From the NCBI RefSeq assembly GCF_006345805.1, contig NC_043010.1, positions 11,966,001 to 12,030,000 of the forward strand: a stretch of 64,000 nt of DNA, given 5' to 3'. A program made the translations under genes and the position numbers. The notes below the pieces were generated by a model. It was given only the letters and a program-made list of their open reading frames with translations, had not been told where the DNA came from and did not search any database. The DNA comes from Octopus sinensis (taxonomy: Eukaryota). Below are positions 1 to 12,552 of this stretch, piece after piece. Within the stretch, counting starts at the first letter, position 1. Each line of letters opens with the position of its first letter.

Positions 1-229
1 TGTGTGTGTATATGTTTGTGTGTCTGTGTTTTTTCCCCTAGCATTGCTTGACAACCGATGCTGGTGTGTTTACGTCCCCGTCACTTAGCAGTTCGGCAAA
101 AGAGACCGATAGAATAAGTACTGGGCTTACAAAGAATAAGTCCCGGGGTCATTTGCTCGACTAAAGGCGGTGCTCCAGCATGGCCGCAGTCAAATGACTG
201 AAACAAGTAAGAGAGTAAAGAGAGAGAGT
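1..229 (+). mobile_element. SINE family A (tRNA-like head, internal (TA)n(TG)n, CR1/L2-like tail), 3' half
   Basis: Matches the 3' half of the full copies at 55357 and 58414 (ctagcattgcttgacaaccgatgctgg...ggcggtgctccagcatggccgcagtcaaatgactgaaacaagtaa). Confidence 0.9.
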
Positions 230-929
230 AACTATAACAACAACGACACCCATTACTGTGAAATGTTCTGTTTTAATGGCAAGCAATGTGTTTGCTAAAT
301 AATAAATTGTCTGCCATTCTGTTATTCAACAAGTTACAAAGACAATGTGTCTGGCGTAATATAATAGAAAATTATTGTAAGATATATCAATTACTAAGTA
401 ACAATGCAGGGAACTTTCTAGATGAGTCAATGAACTTCTTTATGAGCTATGATGGAACCATTTCTTCATCACTTGGCATTTATAAGCAGAAACCATATGA
501 AGTTTTGTAGTTTAGCACAATAAAATTTTTACCATTAAGATGACATGTAGCATGAATTCAGTTTTGAAGTGCAAGTACTACAGAAGGGGACAGATATATG
601 AATCAGCTAATTGGTTAGAGAAAAGAATCACCAAAGGATATTACCCAGGGATGCTATCTGCATGTAGAATAACAGTCAAATTAGGGCTACTGTACTTAAT
701 TCAGGGAGAAAAAATTCTTTTCTAATTAATTTATTAATTAAAAATATTTATGTGATGAAAAGAAAAACATTGGCACAGTTTAGTTTGACTTTGGCAAGTA
801 ATAGAGAAGAATGGCTGTAAGCAATCTTGAAATATATTTTGGCAGATAGGTCTATATAAATTACTTATGTCGAACTATGGACAAGGGAAAAATACTCAGG
901 AATGTTGCCATCTATATATCATGCTTAGT

Positions 930-1194
930 TATTAATGACATGTAGGGACACGGTTTTTTCATTATTGGACCATAATATACTATAAAGTATATTAAACGAT
1001 TTTTATAAGTCAATACTATGTTCTACTGTGTTAGCAGTGCATTTTACATCACTTGTTAAGGTTATCTCTACGGAATATTTGTAGAGCACTGCTAACACAG
1101 TAGAGCATGGTATTGAGTTATAAAAATGTTTAATATACTTTATAGTATATTTTGTTTACATAATGGAATATCACGTCCCTACAAGTCATTAATA
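930..1194. mobile_element. Foldback/palindromic MITE-like element
   Basis: Long imperfect inverted arms: tattaatgacatgtagggac...tatactataaagtatattaaac...ctactgtgttagcagtgc versus gcactgctaacacagtag...gtttaatatactttatagtata...gtccctacaagtcattaata. Confidence 0.75.
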
Positions 1195-1225
1195 TTTATG
1201 TATCAGCTTCCAGGAATGTGTTTAA

Positions 1226-1445
1226 CCCTTTAGCATTTAAACCGGCCATATCCGGCCAGAAGTATTCTGCCTGTTTTATGTTCAAACTGGCCAGATCTGG
1301 TCTCTCACACCAACCCTACAATATCGTTTTAAAAATTAGCAGCTACCTCATCAAAATCTCACAGCTACAAGATAATGTATGATTAGTTCGAAACAATGTG
1401 GATAAAAAGCATTAATTTTGGCAGAATAATGCGAACACTAAAGGG
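1226..1445. mobile_element. piggyBac-like MITE
   Basis: TTAA on both sides (1222-1225, 1446-1449), termini CCCTTTAG/CTAAAGGG; a diverged reverse-oriented copy lies at 16853-17075. Confidence 0.8.
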
Positions 1446-1540
1446 TTAATATGTAAAATTGGTATATCCAATAATGTAACACAGCTGTATTTAGTGGCTA
1501 TTTAAGTAACATGTTCATAGATGATTAAGGTGTTAGATTG

Positions 1541-1578
1541 GTGCTGATGAAGGAGCAAAAATTTTCAAAATATGGCAT
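1541..1578 (+). ncRNA. Degenerate minimal hammerhead-like motif
   Basis: tg-CTGATGA-a-gga...ttc-aaaa-tatgg-ca; the GAAA core is mutated. Confidence 0.3.
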
Positions 1579-1929
1579 ATACGCCCATTACTCTTTTCCA
1601 TCTTTGATCTCATTGTTTATTTACATCTGATATCTCATATATGAAACATCATAGCAAAAGTCAATGACTATAATTTCTATAGAATATCTGTAGAAGTAAC
1701 CGAAACAAGTGATCATGCTTAATGTACACATGTTGATAGGCCAGTCACTGCAACATTTGTCCAGACATAGCATCTCATATCAACTTGCTGTGTTAAAAAC
1801 ACAGTATCAGAGTGAGACAGAAATTAGTCCCAGCAGTGACCAGTGAGAGTGCCAGATGTAGTTTGGCCTTTCTTCGACCCTTTTAATGGCATGTACTCAC
1901 AGGCAGTCTTGTGCTCTGATGAAAATTTA

Positions 1930-2314
1930 TCATCTTTGATATAGGAAAAGGTAAACAGTGCCAAGGACTCCAAATTTGGCATCAAGATGTAGGACAAGAT
2001 ACTGTGATAGCCTGGGCTTCAGAGGCCCACAGCTCTTCAATATCCTCCCGAAGAACCTGAGAGACCTGCATGGGGTGGATGCAGATGTCTTTAAAATAAA
2101 ACTGGATCTCTTCTTGTCAGGTGTCCCAGATGAACCAACTTCATGACAGGAGGTGCAGATGAGGGCAGCTGCATCGAACTCTCTCATGCATCAAATGGCA
2201 ATTGCTAAAAAGCATTCATGAAGTAAAATCATGTAGCAACACCAAATGGCAGTGCCCCAGCATGGACACAGCTCGTGAGCTGAAACTAGATAAAGATAAA
2301 GATAAAGATAAAGA
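1930..2314 (+). mobile_element. CR1/L2-group LINE 3' fragment
   Basis: ORF 1958-2146 SLGFRGPQLFNILPKNLRDL...FKIKLDLFLSGVPDEP resembles a CR1/L2-group ORF2 C-terminus; 3' UTR ends in (GATAAA)n. Confidence 0.75.
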
Positions 2315-2814
2315 ATATTCACTGATATTGTGAATAGCTACTTGACTGATTAAAAATCTAGTGTATATCATAAAGCAGTATTTAAATTTAAATAATGATC
2401 TGTGTATCATACTTAATGTATAAACACTGATGATAGACCAGTTACTGCCATGGTTTCTTAAGATAATGTGTATTACAAATTATGCTGTGTTAAAACTGCA
2501 ATATATGCTGTGTACTACATGAAATCTAAATAGTGAGGTTTATCTTAATATAGACGTTGCTGTGAGTTGAAGAATTTTAATTAAAGTAAGTTAAACTTTT
2601 GCTAAAGAAAAGGGATCATTAAGCTTCATGATTAGTTCTGGTCAAGAAACAAAGGCAGACAACTCAAAATTTTAATAAACTGAGGTACAAATTAGAATGT
2701 AGGAAATGATGTAAGTTCCAATCTGGTTGTATGATGTGTAGTAAAGTATACTTCTCACTACATTGCCAACATATTATTTCTAATTATTTTAGTTGTGCTT
2801 ACTTCGATATGTCA

Positions 2815-3150
2815 AGGCGCATGGCTCAGTAGTTAGAGCATCAAGCTTACGATCACAAGGTTGTGAGTTTGAATCCCAGACTGGGCTCCATGTTGTGTTC
2901 TTGAGCAGCAAGACACTTTATTTCACGTTGCTCCAGTTAACTCAGCTGTAGAAATGAATTGCGACATCACTGGTGCCAAGCTGTATCGACCTTTGTCTTT
3001 CCCTTGGATAACATCAATGGCATGGAGAGGGGAGGCTGGCATGTGGGGCGACTGCTGGCTTTACATAAAACAACCTTGCCCGGACTTGTGCCTCGGAGGG
3101 TAACTTTCTAGGTGCAATCCCATAGTCATTCATGATCAAAGGAGGTCTCA
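2815..3150 (+). mobile_element. tRNA-derived SINE (older family)
   Basis: A box tggctcagtag, B-box-like gtttgaatccc, followed by the gtgttcttgagc..aagacactttatttcacgttgctccag body shared with other SINEs here. Confidence 0.75.
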
Positions 3151-3212
3151 TCAATATGTACATTAGCACTTATATTGTTGGGTGAAGATAAGGTGCCTAT
3201 TAGGAGATACCA

Positions 3213-3330
3213 TACATCATCATCATCATCATCATCATCATCACTAACACCATCACCATCATCATCATCATCATCATCATCATCACTAACACCATCACTA
3301 TCATTGTCATCATCATCATCATCATCATCA

Positions 3331-3402
<72 letters not shown>
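3213..3402. repeat. (CAT)n then (TAT)n microsatellite
   Basis: Seen directly; duplicated at ~12400-12556. Confidence 0.95.
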
Positions 3403-3403
<1 letters not shown>

Positions 3404-3647
3404 GACACTACATAGAACATAATACGATTGCACTAGATGTTTTATTGGTTGAATGAGGCAACCAGCATTCCTATGTTGATGGAATGGCATCATCAATCTT
3501 CAATTTTCAAGTTTAAAGTTTTTTTAACTGATAGAAATGTTGACTTCTCCTTTTGTGATTCATATTTGAATGGTACAACAGCACCCATTGGTCCAGGGTT
3601 GGGCTCAACACTGGGGTTTAGCGAAACTAACAGGGCTAACGAGCCAA

Positions 3648-4056
3648 CTCTCTTTTACTCTTTTACTTGTTTCAGTCATTTGACTGTGGCCATGCTGGAG
3701 CACCGCCTTTAGTCAAGCAAATCGACCCCGGGATTTATTCTTTGTAAGCCCAGTACTTATTCTATCGGTCTCTTTTGCCGAACCGCTAAGTGACGGGGAC
3801 GTAAACACACCAGCATCGGTTGTCAAGCAATGCTAGGGGAAAAAACACAGGCACACAAACATATACACACACACTTATATATATACATATATACGACAGG
3901 CTTCTTTCAGTTTCCGTCTACCAAATCCACTCACAAGGCATTGGTCGGCCCGGGGCTATAGCAGAAGACACTTGCCCAAGATGCCACTCAGTGGGACTGA
4001 ACCCAGAACCATGTGGTTGTTTAGCAAGCTACTTACCACACAGCCACTCCTGCGCC
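3648..4056 (-). mobile_element. SINE family A, full length
   Basis: Reverse complement of the 58414-58840 copy. Confidence 0.92.
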
Positions 4057-4299
4057 ACAATGTCCAAAAGTGTGTATATATACCAATATATACATATATC
4101 AGTCAAACAAGAAACCTCTTCATGGTCAGTGATCGGCTAAAAATGATAGCTGAATGTTCCCCTATTCGCATCCTACCATCTCAAATGGTGGACAATGTTG
4201 TTGTATATTTGCATATATGCAAAGAAGACAGGCTGGTCACAGTTGAAATTCCTTAAATTATAAGTTTATCCGATAATGTATAAGGGCTAAACAACAAGA

Positions 4300-4319
<20 letters not shown>

Positions 4320-4336
<17 letters not shown>

Positions 4337-4347
4337 CAGATAGATAA

Positions 4348-4393
<46 letters not shown>

Positions 4394-4427
4394 TGATAGA
4401 TAGATAGATAGATAGACAGATAGATAA

Positions 4428-4465
<38 letters not shown>

Positions 4466-4505
4466 TGATAGACAGATAGATAAAAAGATAGATAGATAGA
4501 TAGAT

Positions 4506-4540
<35 letters not shown>

Positions 4541-4559
4541 GCAATAGATAGATAGATAA

Positions 4560-4590
<31 letters not shown>
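4320..4590. repeat. (GATA)n array, left part of the Tx1 target array
   Basis: Seen directly; further GATA tracts at 5684-5866, 6074-6110 and 12003-12087. Confidence 0.97.
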
Positions 4591-5683
4591 TGTTTCTTTT
4601 TAGCCAACACAGGGCTGCACACAGATAGAACAAATTACAAGGTAGAGCTTTTCTTTTGAAGGTATTAAAAAAAAAAAAAAAAAAAAGGAAGGGGGAGGTT
4701 CGATCAAAGGGATCGTAAAGGAGGGAAAGAGGACAAAAATAAGGGGGGTTAAAAAAAAAAAAAAAAAAAAAAGGAGGGGGGGAGAGGAAAAAAAAAAATC
4801 AATAGGGATCGTTATCACAGAATGTCAATATGAAGTGTAAAGGGGAGGACAGGTGAGGTTTACCCGTGAAAGAAAAGCCTGCGGAAAAGACCACGGTAAC
4901 CTCGTCAATGAAGTCACATTTTATATTTCTTTTTTTTTTTTTTTTTTTTTGCAATAAGCAACTCTCTGTTTTCGATTTCTGGGTTCATAGGACTATGCTC
5001 AAGGTGGCTTCGTCATTCATACGTGCCATTCTTGCTACATTCACCCATCTTTTTTTAAAACATTCGCTAGACAAAACTTGCCTCTCTACTCTCACTTTCC
5101 TTTTCAAGTGGTACTTGAAGAAGTTGATGAGAGATTGACCAGAGAGGAAAGTGTTTGTCTCCAATCCTTTCAGACGCGTCCACCAATACATTCTTTCGCC
5201 ATAGCCCAAGGATGATGAAAATAGCTCTTCCTTCCCGTTGAAGGAAGGAGGCGTGACAATATTGACGATAGACTCAGCTGATAAACCGACTCGTCCCACA
5301 CGTGACAGCAGTTGTTCGACATAGCCCCCAGTCGGAAATTGTTGGACACTGAACGAGTGCGTGCAGAACGGTTTCGTCGTCTGACCGCATCTCGGGCAGG
5401 TCGGCCCCGTGTTTCTCGAGCCTTGTCTGTAGAGCTTATCCCGACGGTAGCGCTTCTCGGTAGCACTGCCAGCCAGGGATCTCTGGAAGTTGTCCATGGG
5501 CCCTGGCCCGAAGTCGTCCCGAACAGGCGGGTCAGGTACTCCTCGTCGACGTCCAGGTTTGCCCCGAGCTCGTCGTCGTACCTCCCCTCCACTAAACCCC
5601 TATAGAAGCTTTGGTTGTGGTTGAAGTCACTTAAGGTCGACCCAGGACGGCAGAGTTGCTTGAGAGCAACGCGACACTCGCGA
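4591..5683 (-). mobile_element. 5'-truncated Tx1/L1-clade LINE (second subfamily)
   Basis: ORFs 4985-5497 and 5170-5592 (GPMDNFQRSLA, CPRCGQ, FFKYHLKRKVRVER) are homologous to but clearly diverged from the ORF2 C-terminus at 6409-7216; GATA arrays on both sides. Confidence 0.9.
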
Positions 5684-5737
5684 AGATAGATAGATAGATA
5701 GATAGAAGATAGATAGATACAGATAGACAGATAGATG

Positions 5738-5782
<45 letters not shown>

Positions 5783-5867
5783 GATAGATAGACGATAGAA
5801 GCATAGATAGATAGATAGATCGATAGATAGATAGATGATAGTAGATAATCAAAATAATAGATAGATA

Positions 5868-6073
5868 AGTTTCTTTATTGCCACACAGGGCTGCACACAG
5901 ATGGGACAAGTACAATGTAGAGCTTTTCTTTTGGGGATGAAAACAGACAAAACAAAAAAACAAAAGAAACAAAAAAAGTTGGCCTAGGTTTTTGATTCAA
6001 AATGGGATCGTAAAAGGGGAACAAAAGAACAAAAATAAAATTAAAAAGAAGGAAAAAAAGAAAAATAAGGAAA
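5868..6073 (-). mobile_element. Tx1-like LINE 3'-UTR-only fragment
   Basis: Terminal ...ctgtgtgcagccctgtgtggcaataaagaaac (minus) like the 4591 copy; GATA on both sides; same fragment at 13827-14071. Confidence 0.85.
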
Positions 6074-6408
6074 ATAGATAAAAGATAAGAGATAGATAGA
6101 TAGATAGATAACTTTTTATTGTAGCCACACAGGGCTAAACACAGAATAAAAATGGACGAAATACAATGTAGAATTTTTTCTTTTCGAGGTGGGATGGGTG
6201 GGGCAAAAAAAAAAAAAAAAAAAAAACGTTTGATCAATAGAGATCTGTGGGGTGTGGTGTATAAAAAAGCACTATATATATATATATAAGGTTCACAGTT
6301 TAGGTGTAGCCTTGGAAAGAAAAACCTACAAAAAAGACCAAGGTCACCTCAGACAGTTCGAAAAAGAACACATGAGTAAGTCGCCTTACTTCTCGTTGTC
6401 TCTTTTGG

Positions 6409-9400
6409 TTACAGATTTATGCTTAAAATAGTGTCGTCTTTCATACTGACCATTTTTGCCACTTTTACCCACTTTTTATTAAAACATTCGTTCGACAAAG
6501 CCTTCCTCTCTATTCTCATCCTCCTTTTCAAGTGGTACTTGAAAAAGTTGACGAGAGACTGACCAGAGAGGAAGGTGTTGTTTTTGCAGTCCTTTCAAAC
6601 GCGTCCACCACACACATTCTTTCGCCATAGCCATCAGCGTAACGAAAACCGTTTTCCCTTCCCGTTTAAAGGAAGGTGGTGGAACAATATTCACGATAGA
6701 CTCGGCCGATAGGCGAGCCTGACCTACACGTGACAACAGCTGTTCGACGAAGGACCACAGCTCTGAAATATCTGGACACTGCACGAGTGCGTGCAGAACG
6801 GTTTCGTCGCTCTGACCGCATCTCGGGCAGGTCGGTCCGGTGATGGTTTTCGAACCGTGTCTGTAGCTCTTCTCTCGAACAGGTAGTGCGTCTCGATAGC
6901 ACTGCCAAGCCAGGGATTTCTGGAAGTTATCCATAGGCCCCGGCCCGAACGTCGTCCTGAACAGGCGGGTTAGGAATTCCTCGTCGACGCCCAGGTTTGC
7001 CCCGAGTGTGTCGTCGGACCTCCCCTCCACTAGTCCTCTATAGAACGCTTTAGTCGTTTGAAGTTGCACAAGTTTGACCCCGGTCGGCAGAGCTGCTGTA
7101 GAGCTTGGCGACACTCTCGGTGCCAATCGCCCAGTTTCGGTCTCTTTTTGATCCACGTTTGCAGTTCGGTCAGTGAGACGAGCTGCGGGAAGTCGCGCCT
7201 CACAAACGGCGCCCACACCTGTTCACCGTCGTCGATGAATTTCAGAGATGTCGCAGTCTCAGCGCATGCCTGCGCATCATCAACCACGGCATGCCCAGTC
7301 CTCCATTCAACGGATGTTGACAGCAAATGGACTTCCTCACCATCGGAACGCCACCCTTCCACAGGAAGCGGAAGAGTATGCGTTCCAGTTTGGTGATGGT
7401 GGCGTCGGGACAAGGTACGACGGTCAGGCGGTAATCGATGACGGATGCGATGTACGCGTTCGCCACCTCCGCCCGGCCTTTTAGAGACAGCTTTCTCTCG
7501 GCCCATGTTTGGCTGAGAGCGACCACTCTACTCGTGATCTCGTCCCAGTTCTTATCCATTTGGAGGTCCGGACTGAACCAGACCCCGAGCAATTTAACCG
7601 GTCCGTCCGTCCAGCGTCCCACTACTGAGCCGCAGTCGGACGGCATGGGCTTGCTTCTCCAGGTGCCGAGTAGCAAACCCACTGACTTTTCCGGGTTAAT
7701 CTTTGCTCCCGTCACCGTTTCATATTTTCTTAGTGTCTCGCCGACCAGCTCGATGTGCTGGTAGCTCGACACTATGACGGTGACATCGTCCGCATATGCC
7801 GACACACGCTCGTCCCGCAACCCAGTTCCCGTGGGATGCCCCTCAGTGTCGCCAGCTTCCGCAGTAGCGGCTCGAGAGTCAATACATACAGAAGCGCCGA
7901 CAGGGGACACCCCTGACGGACCGAACGCGTGATGTCAAACGGTTTCGACAGGTGACCGTTCACCCGAATCACCGATCGGATGCCGCTATACAAGGCAGCG
8001 ATCCAACCGCGGAAGACGGGACCGAAGCCAGCCGCCCTGAGGACGGCCGCCAAGTACCGATGGTCGACCCTATCGAAGGCTTTAGACTGATCCAAATTTA
8101 TCAGCGCCCCACCCATGCCAGGATCCTTAACTACCCTGTCCACAATGTAGCGCATCAGATGGAGGTTGTCATGTATGGTTCTGCCCCGCACGGCGCATGT
8201 TTGCGCCCTGTCGACCAGTTTACCAATGACAAGCGCCAACCTCTCGGCTATTACTTTGGCCAAAATTTTCAAATCTGCGTTGAGCAGAGTGATGGGCCTG
8301 AAATTATCTATAAAATTCCCCTTGTTTGAGTCTTTCTTCAGCAACGTCACTGCACCTCGGCTCACGAAACCGGGGATTCTCCCGTTTTGTTGCCAGTTGC
8401 AGTAGACTGATGCCAAGAGGTCGCCAAACAAGTCTGGCATTCGACAATACAGCTCGTAGGGTAAACCATCCAATCCAGGCGACTTATCCCTCGCGCAGCC
8501 CGCCATCGCATCCCACACGTCAGCGGCTGTGATGGGACTTTCACAACACTCCGCCTCTCTTGCCGAGAGCCGCGGCAGGTCGGTCAGGTAGGCACTGAAA
8601 TCCATCCCTCGTTCCGACCCACCACTCGCACCAAACAGTCGAGCAAAGTGCTGTTGAAGGCCTCACACATCCTTTCGGGTTCGAGTAAACTGCATCCCTG
8701 TTGATCTATTAGAGACCGAATGGTTGATCTGTTGCCACGCTGCGCCTCCGCTACCCGGGCCTCTCGCGCAGCTTCAATCCTTCGTTCCTTAAGGCACGCA
8801 TTTTAGCTCTGACGACGCAACCTTCGTGCTTGGCGTTGAGGTGTTGGTCGAGGGCCATCCTCGCAGCTAGCACGTTGGTTGCGCTGCCATTGGTAAGTGC
8901 CTCTTCTAGTTTCTTAACTAAGTCTCCCTCTACTCTATTTCGTTCTATCGCTAATTCCTTGCTAAACCTAATTGATTCCGATTTTATTGCCATTTTCAGG
9001 GCGTACCACCAGCGGTTGTTAACGACCGCTCCCGTCAGCGCCCTCTTAATTAACTCGCTAATCCGGTTCCTGTAACCTGTCGCGCTAACAGCGACGTGTT
9101 CAGTTTCCAGTAACCGGGACCCTGCCTATGTGTTTTATCTAAGTCGAGCGTACACGTAACAAATTTGTGATCTGTGTAGCTGACTATTTTAAATTGTGGA
9201 CATCCTACCTACACTATCCCTATCCGCTTCCTGCATAGAATTCTATCTAGATAAGATCTCGACGATCCGACGCGGTTTGTCCAAGTCCACGTTGGCACGT
9301 TCGGATGGTCGAGTCGGAACCTGTCAGACAAATGGAAACGTCTGAGCAGGTCTTTGAGGCTTACACCCCCTTCTATTCCTATCCCTTCCCACATAATCTA

Positions 9401-9860
9401 GATGCGTGTCCAAGGTAGCGTTCCAATCCCCTACTAACAGTAAAGGTCTAGACGTACCCAGGAAAACCTCTAGACGTCTGAAGAAATCCGCCCGACCCGT
9501 TAAGGACGGTGCATAAACTGCCATCAGACGGAATGCACACCCATTTCTGCTGCCATCCACGTCCAAGACAACCAGCCTACCCTCCGGGTCTAGGAATATT
9601 GCTCTTACTTTTACCTTTAGACTCTTTCGAAAAAGCACCGCAGTACCTCCACCACCCATGTTCGGCAGACAGGGAGAAAAATAAATGTCAAATTGATTGC
9701 CAAACATGGACTCGAGGGCCCGCGGCTTACTGAGTCTGGTTTCACTGATAGCTACTATATCCACGTCCAGTGACTTGATGTCGTTTAGAAGGTAACCTTG
9801 CTTCCAAGCCGACGCCAAGCCACGCGCATTCACACAACCTAATTTAAGCATACTTGACAT
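6409..9860 (-). pseudogene. LINE ORF2 (APE endonuclease + reverse transcriptase + C-terminal Cys/His motif), frameshifted in this assembly
   Basis: GCVNARGL, ISETRL, GDWNA, SYLDRI (APE); KSPGLDGLPYE, NFRPITLLNADLKILAK, LDQSKAFDRVDH, VRQGCPLS, AYADD (RT); CPRCGQSDETVLHALVQC. Split over several track ORFs; my reconstructed end is KWVKVAKMVSMKDDTILSINL* at 6409. Confidence 0.93.
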
Positions 9861-9917
9861 TTACGAAAATTGTGTTTTACACACTATATTAGAAGAGACA
9901 AGAGGCAAGAAGTGAGG

Positions 9918-11805
9918 TCACTTACTCATTTTTAAAGTTTCATTTTTTTCTTCTTCTTTTGTATCGTTTTTGATGAGGTGTTTGTATAGTTTTTTCGACA
10001 GGTATCGTTGATACCCGCCTACCGCATTCGGAAATATTGTTTTCAGTATGTGGTGTTGTGCTTGTGTTATGTGTAAAATTCTGATGTGTTTCGGTGGTGT
10101 GGTGTGCGGATGATTGTTTGTCTTAAAGTCATCTTCACAGACGACCATGTTAGATTTGATGTAGTCCATTAATTCTTTATTGTCTGTGTCTATTGCAGTT
10201 AGTTGTGTGTGTGGTTTTATGGGTTCATTACTTTTTTGATTGTCTAGGGGGATGTTGTCCTGAGTTAGATATCTCCCTGCTTTAATTCCTTGTTTGGTGG
10301 ATTTTTTGGATCTTTTTCTTTTACCCCTTGTGGCTATTTGCCATTCCGTCGAACTTTCGAACTTTCGTCGTCCGACGTATCAGTATGGGGTAGAGGAAAA
10401 AGAACAGGATCACTATGTATGCTTGTATAAATTGTTGATGTTTTGTGCGGTGTTTGTGTTGTTGTGGTGTTAGGGGTAGCATTTGTCTTCTCGTCAGTGT
10501 TTTCTGTCTTTTTAATTGTCGTCCTGGGTGTGGGCGTGGTCGATTTTTGTTAATTCAACAGGTTTAATTGGTTGTGAAGTCAACGGTGATTGTGTTGGTA
10601 CTGTTTTTCTTGGTGATGTTGTTGGGGTTTGTTTTGTTTTGTTTTTTTTTTTCTTGGCGTTGTTCCATAATTGAGTGTGTTGGTGTTGGTGTTGGCAACA
10701 AAGGGATTTTATTTGTTTTCTGAATTGTTCTTTCTTGTTTTTTCTGTACCAGATCGCACTTGGCAATCAAATGTTCGGGGCTGCCACATTTGTAGCATCT
10801 AGGCTTTTTGCCTTCTGCCATAACATATAGGCATTGCCCATTCTCCAAGTATATCTTGTCGGGTAGGCTCTCGATAGAGGCCCCCTCAATCTGGATGGTC
10901 ACTACTACTGTTTTTCCACCACCCCAATTGTCGTTTAGGTACACGGCGTTTTCTAGAATATTGATCTTTTTCAAGTGGTAACAGATTGCCCCTGTTATCC
11001 ATTTGTTCGGCATATCGGGGGTACATTTCTGATAGTAATTCTACTCACCCTCTGGTTTTTATAATAGGGACCATGATGATTTCATCATTTCCCAGAGACT
11101 CAGTAGAGTGAGCTTTTGCCACTTCCTGGTTAGGGAAGCGGACCACTACTGTGTTAAACTGGGGACCCCAGTTTATATACTCTCTTTTCTTTCATTATGT
11201 TTTTTAAACATTTCTCCACATCAGTTTTTGTAATCTGTTCATTTGGTTTTTTGTTTTTTCTAATAATTTTATATACAATTGTCTTATTTTCAATTTCTTG
11301 TTTTATATGTTGAGGTGTATGCAGGACTAAATCTTGTCCACGGGTTGTAAAGAGAGCTCTTGTCTCTATGAGCTCTTCATTTGTGAATGTAACATCTCCT
11401 TTTTCTGGCGAAGAATATCTGCGAAATTACTGTTGTTGACTTTTTTGTATTGGCATCTTCACTATTAGATAGTTCATTTTTATTGTTGTTCTTGTTGTTG
11501 CTGTTGTTTTTGTCAATAGTTTTCGTTTCAGTTTTATTTTTATCATTTATGTTGGTCGTGGTAGTGGTGGTGGTGGTGGAGGAGGTGGTGGTGGTAGCAG
11601 TTGTTGTCTCGTGGTTGCTGTTGTTAGTGTGGTGGTGGCGGTGGTGACAGGCTGTTAACGCACGTGGTTGCAGCGTTCCTTTCACCGAATTCACGTTTGG
11701 CATTTTCCGTGCGAACGTTCTTTTTTTCTCTGTCGTTTCCAGACTAGGAAAATGTTGTTCCAAAAAAGAACGCGACCAGCGTTCAACAATAAAATTTCTA
11801 GACAT
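9918..11805 (-). pseudogene. LINE ORF1 (nucleic-acid-binding, zinc knuckle), frameshifted
   Basis: Fragments 11377-11805, 10564-11013 (CYKCGSPEHLIAKC = CX2CX4HX4C), 10512-10766 and 9918-10169 lie directly upstream of ORF2. Confidence 0.8.
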
Positions 11806-12002
11806 TTTCTAATGTCGAGAAGAAAATAACAGAATGAAATGGGGTCGAAACTGCCCCTAGGGGCGAATTCCTCCCTTGGAAAAGCACTCAAATGAAAGTT
11901 GGTGCCTTACACACCTTATTTGCAAAAATCTACACAAAAATTGGCCTATAAATAGTCAAAATAAATGATTACCTTCGGAGCTGAAACGACATCACATCCG
12001 TC

Positions 12003-12086
<84 letters not shown>

Positions 12087-12299
12087 TGGGCAGATAGATA
12101 GATATTATGAGATCCCGATCTTGTGTGGTCTTCTGTAGTTGTAGATGTGGACAAATAGTGTGTGAAGAAATGTGTATGTAAGTGTGTGTCGGAGGTGGGA
12201 GAGATGTTGATTGTTGCGTGTACGTGCGACTATATATTAATTCAAATATTTTCATCATCTATTTTTGTAATAATTATCTTTCACTTCTACAGTGCCTCC

Positions 12300-12399
12300 N
12301 NNNNNNNNNNNNNNNNNNNNNNNNNNNNNNNNNNNNNNNNNNNNNNNNNNNNNNNNNNNNNNNNNNNNNNNNNNNNNNNNNNNNNNNNNNNNNNNNNNN
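12300..12399. other. Assembly gap (100 N)
   Basis: Run of N. Confidence 1.
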
Positions 12400-12414
12400 A
12401 CTAAACACCATCAC

Positions 12415-12446
<32 letters not shown>

Positions 12447-12467
12447 CTAACACCATCACTATCATTG

Positions 12468-12498
<31 letters not shown>

Positions 12499-12517
12499 TA
12501 TTATTATATTATTATTA

Positions 12518-12552
<35 letters not shown>

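Larger units (their letters stand above)
6111..12002 (-). mobile_element. Near full-length Tx1/L1-clade non-LTR retrotransposon
   Basis: Short 5' UTR, ORF1 with CCHC knuckle, ORF2 APE-RT-Zn finger, 3' UTR with AATAAA; both ends abut (GATA)n. Confidence 0.95.

Noticed and set aside
286-725. Two short plus-strand ORFs in AT-rich unique sequence
   Set aside because: No recognisable motifs; lengths are compatible with chance.
7058-9075. Plus-strand ORFs antisense to LINE ORF2
   Set aside because: Expected shadow ORFs of GC-rich coding sequence.
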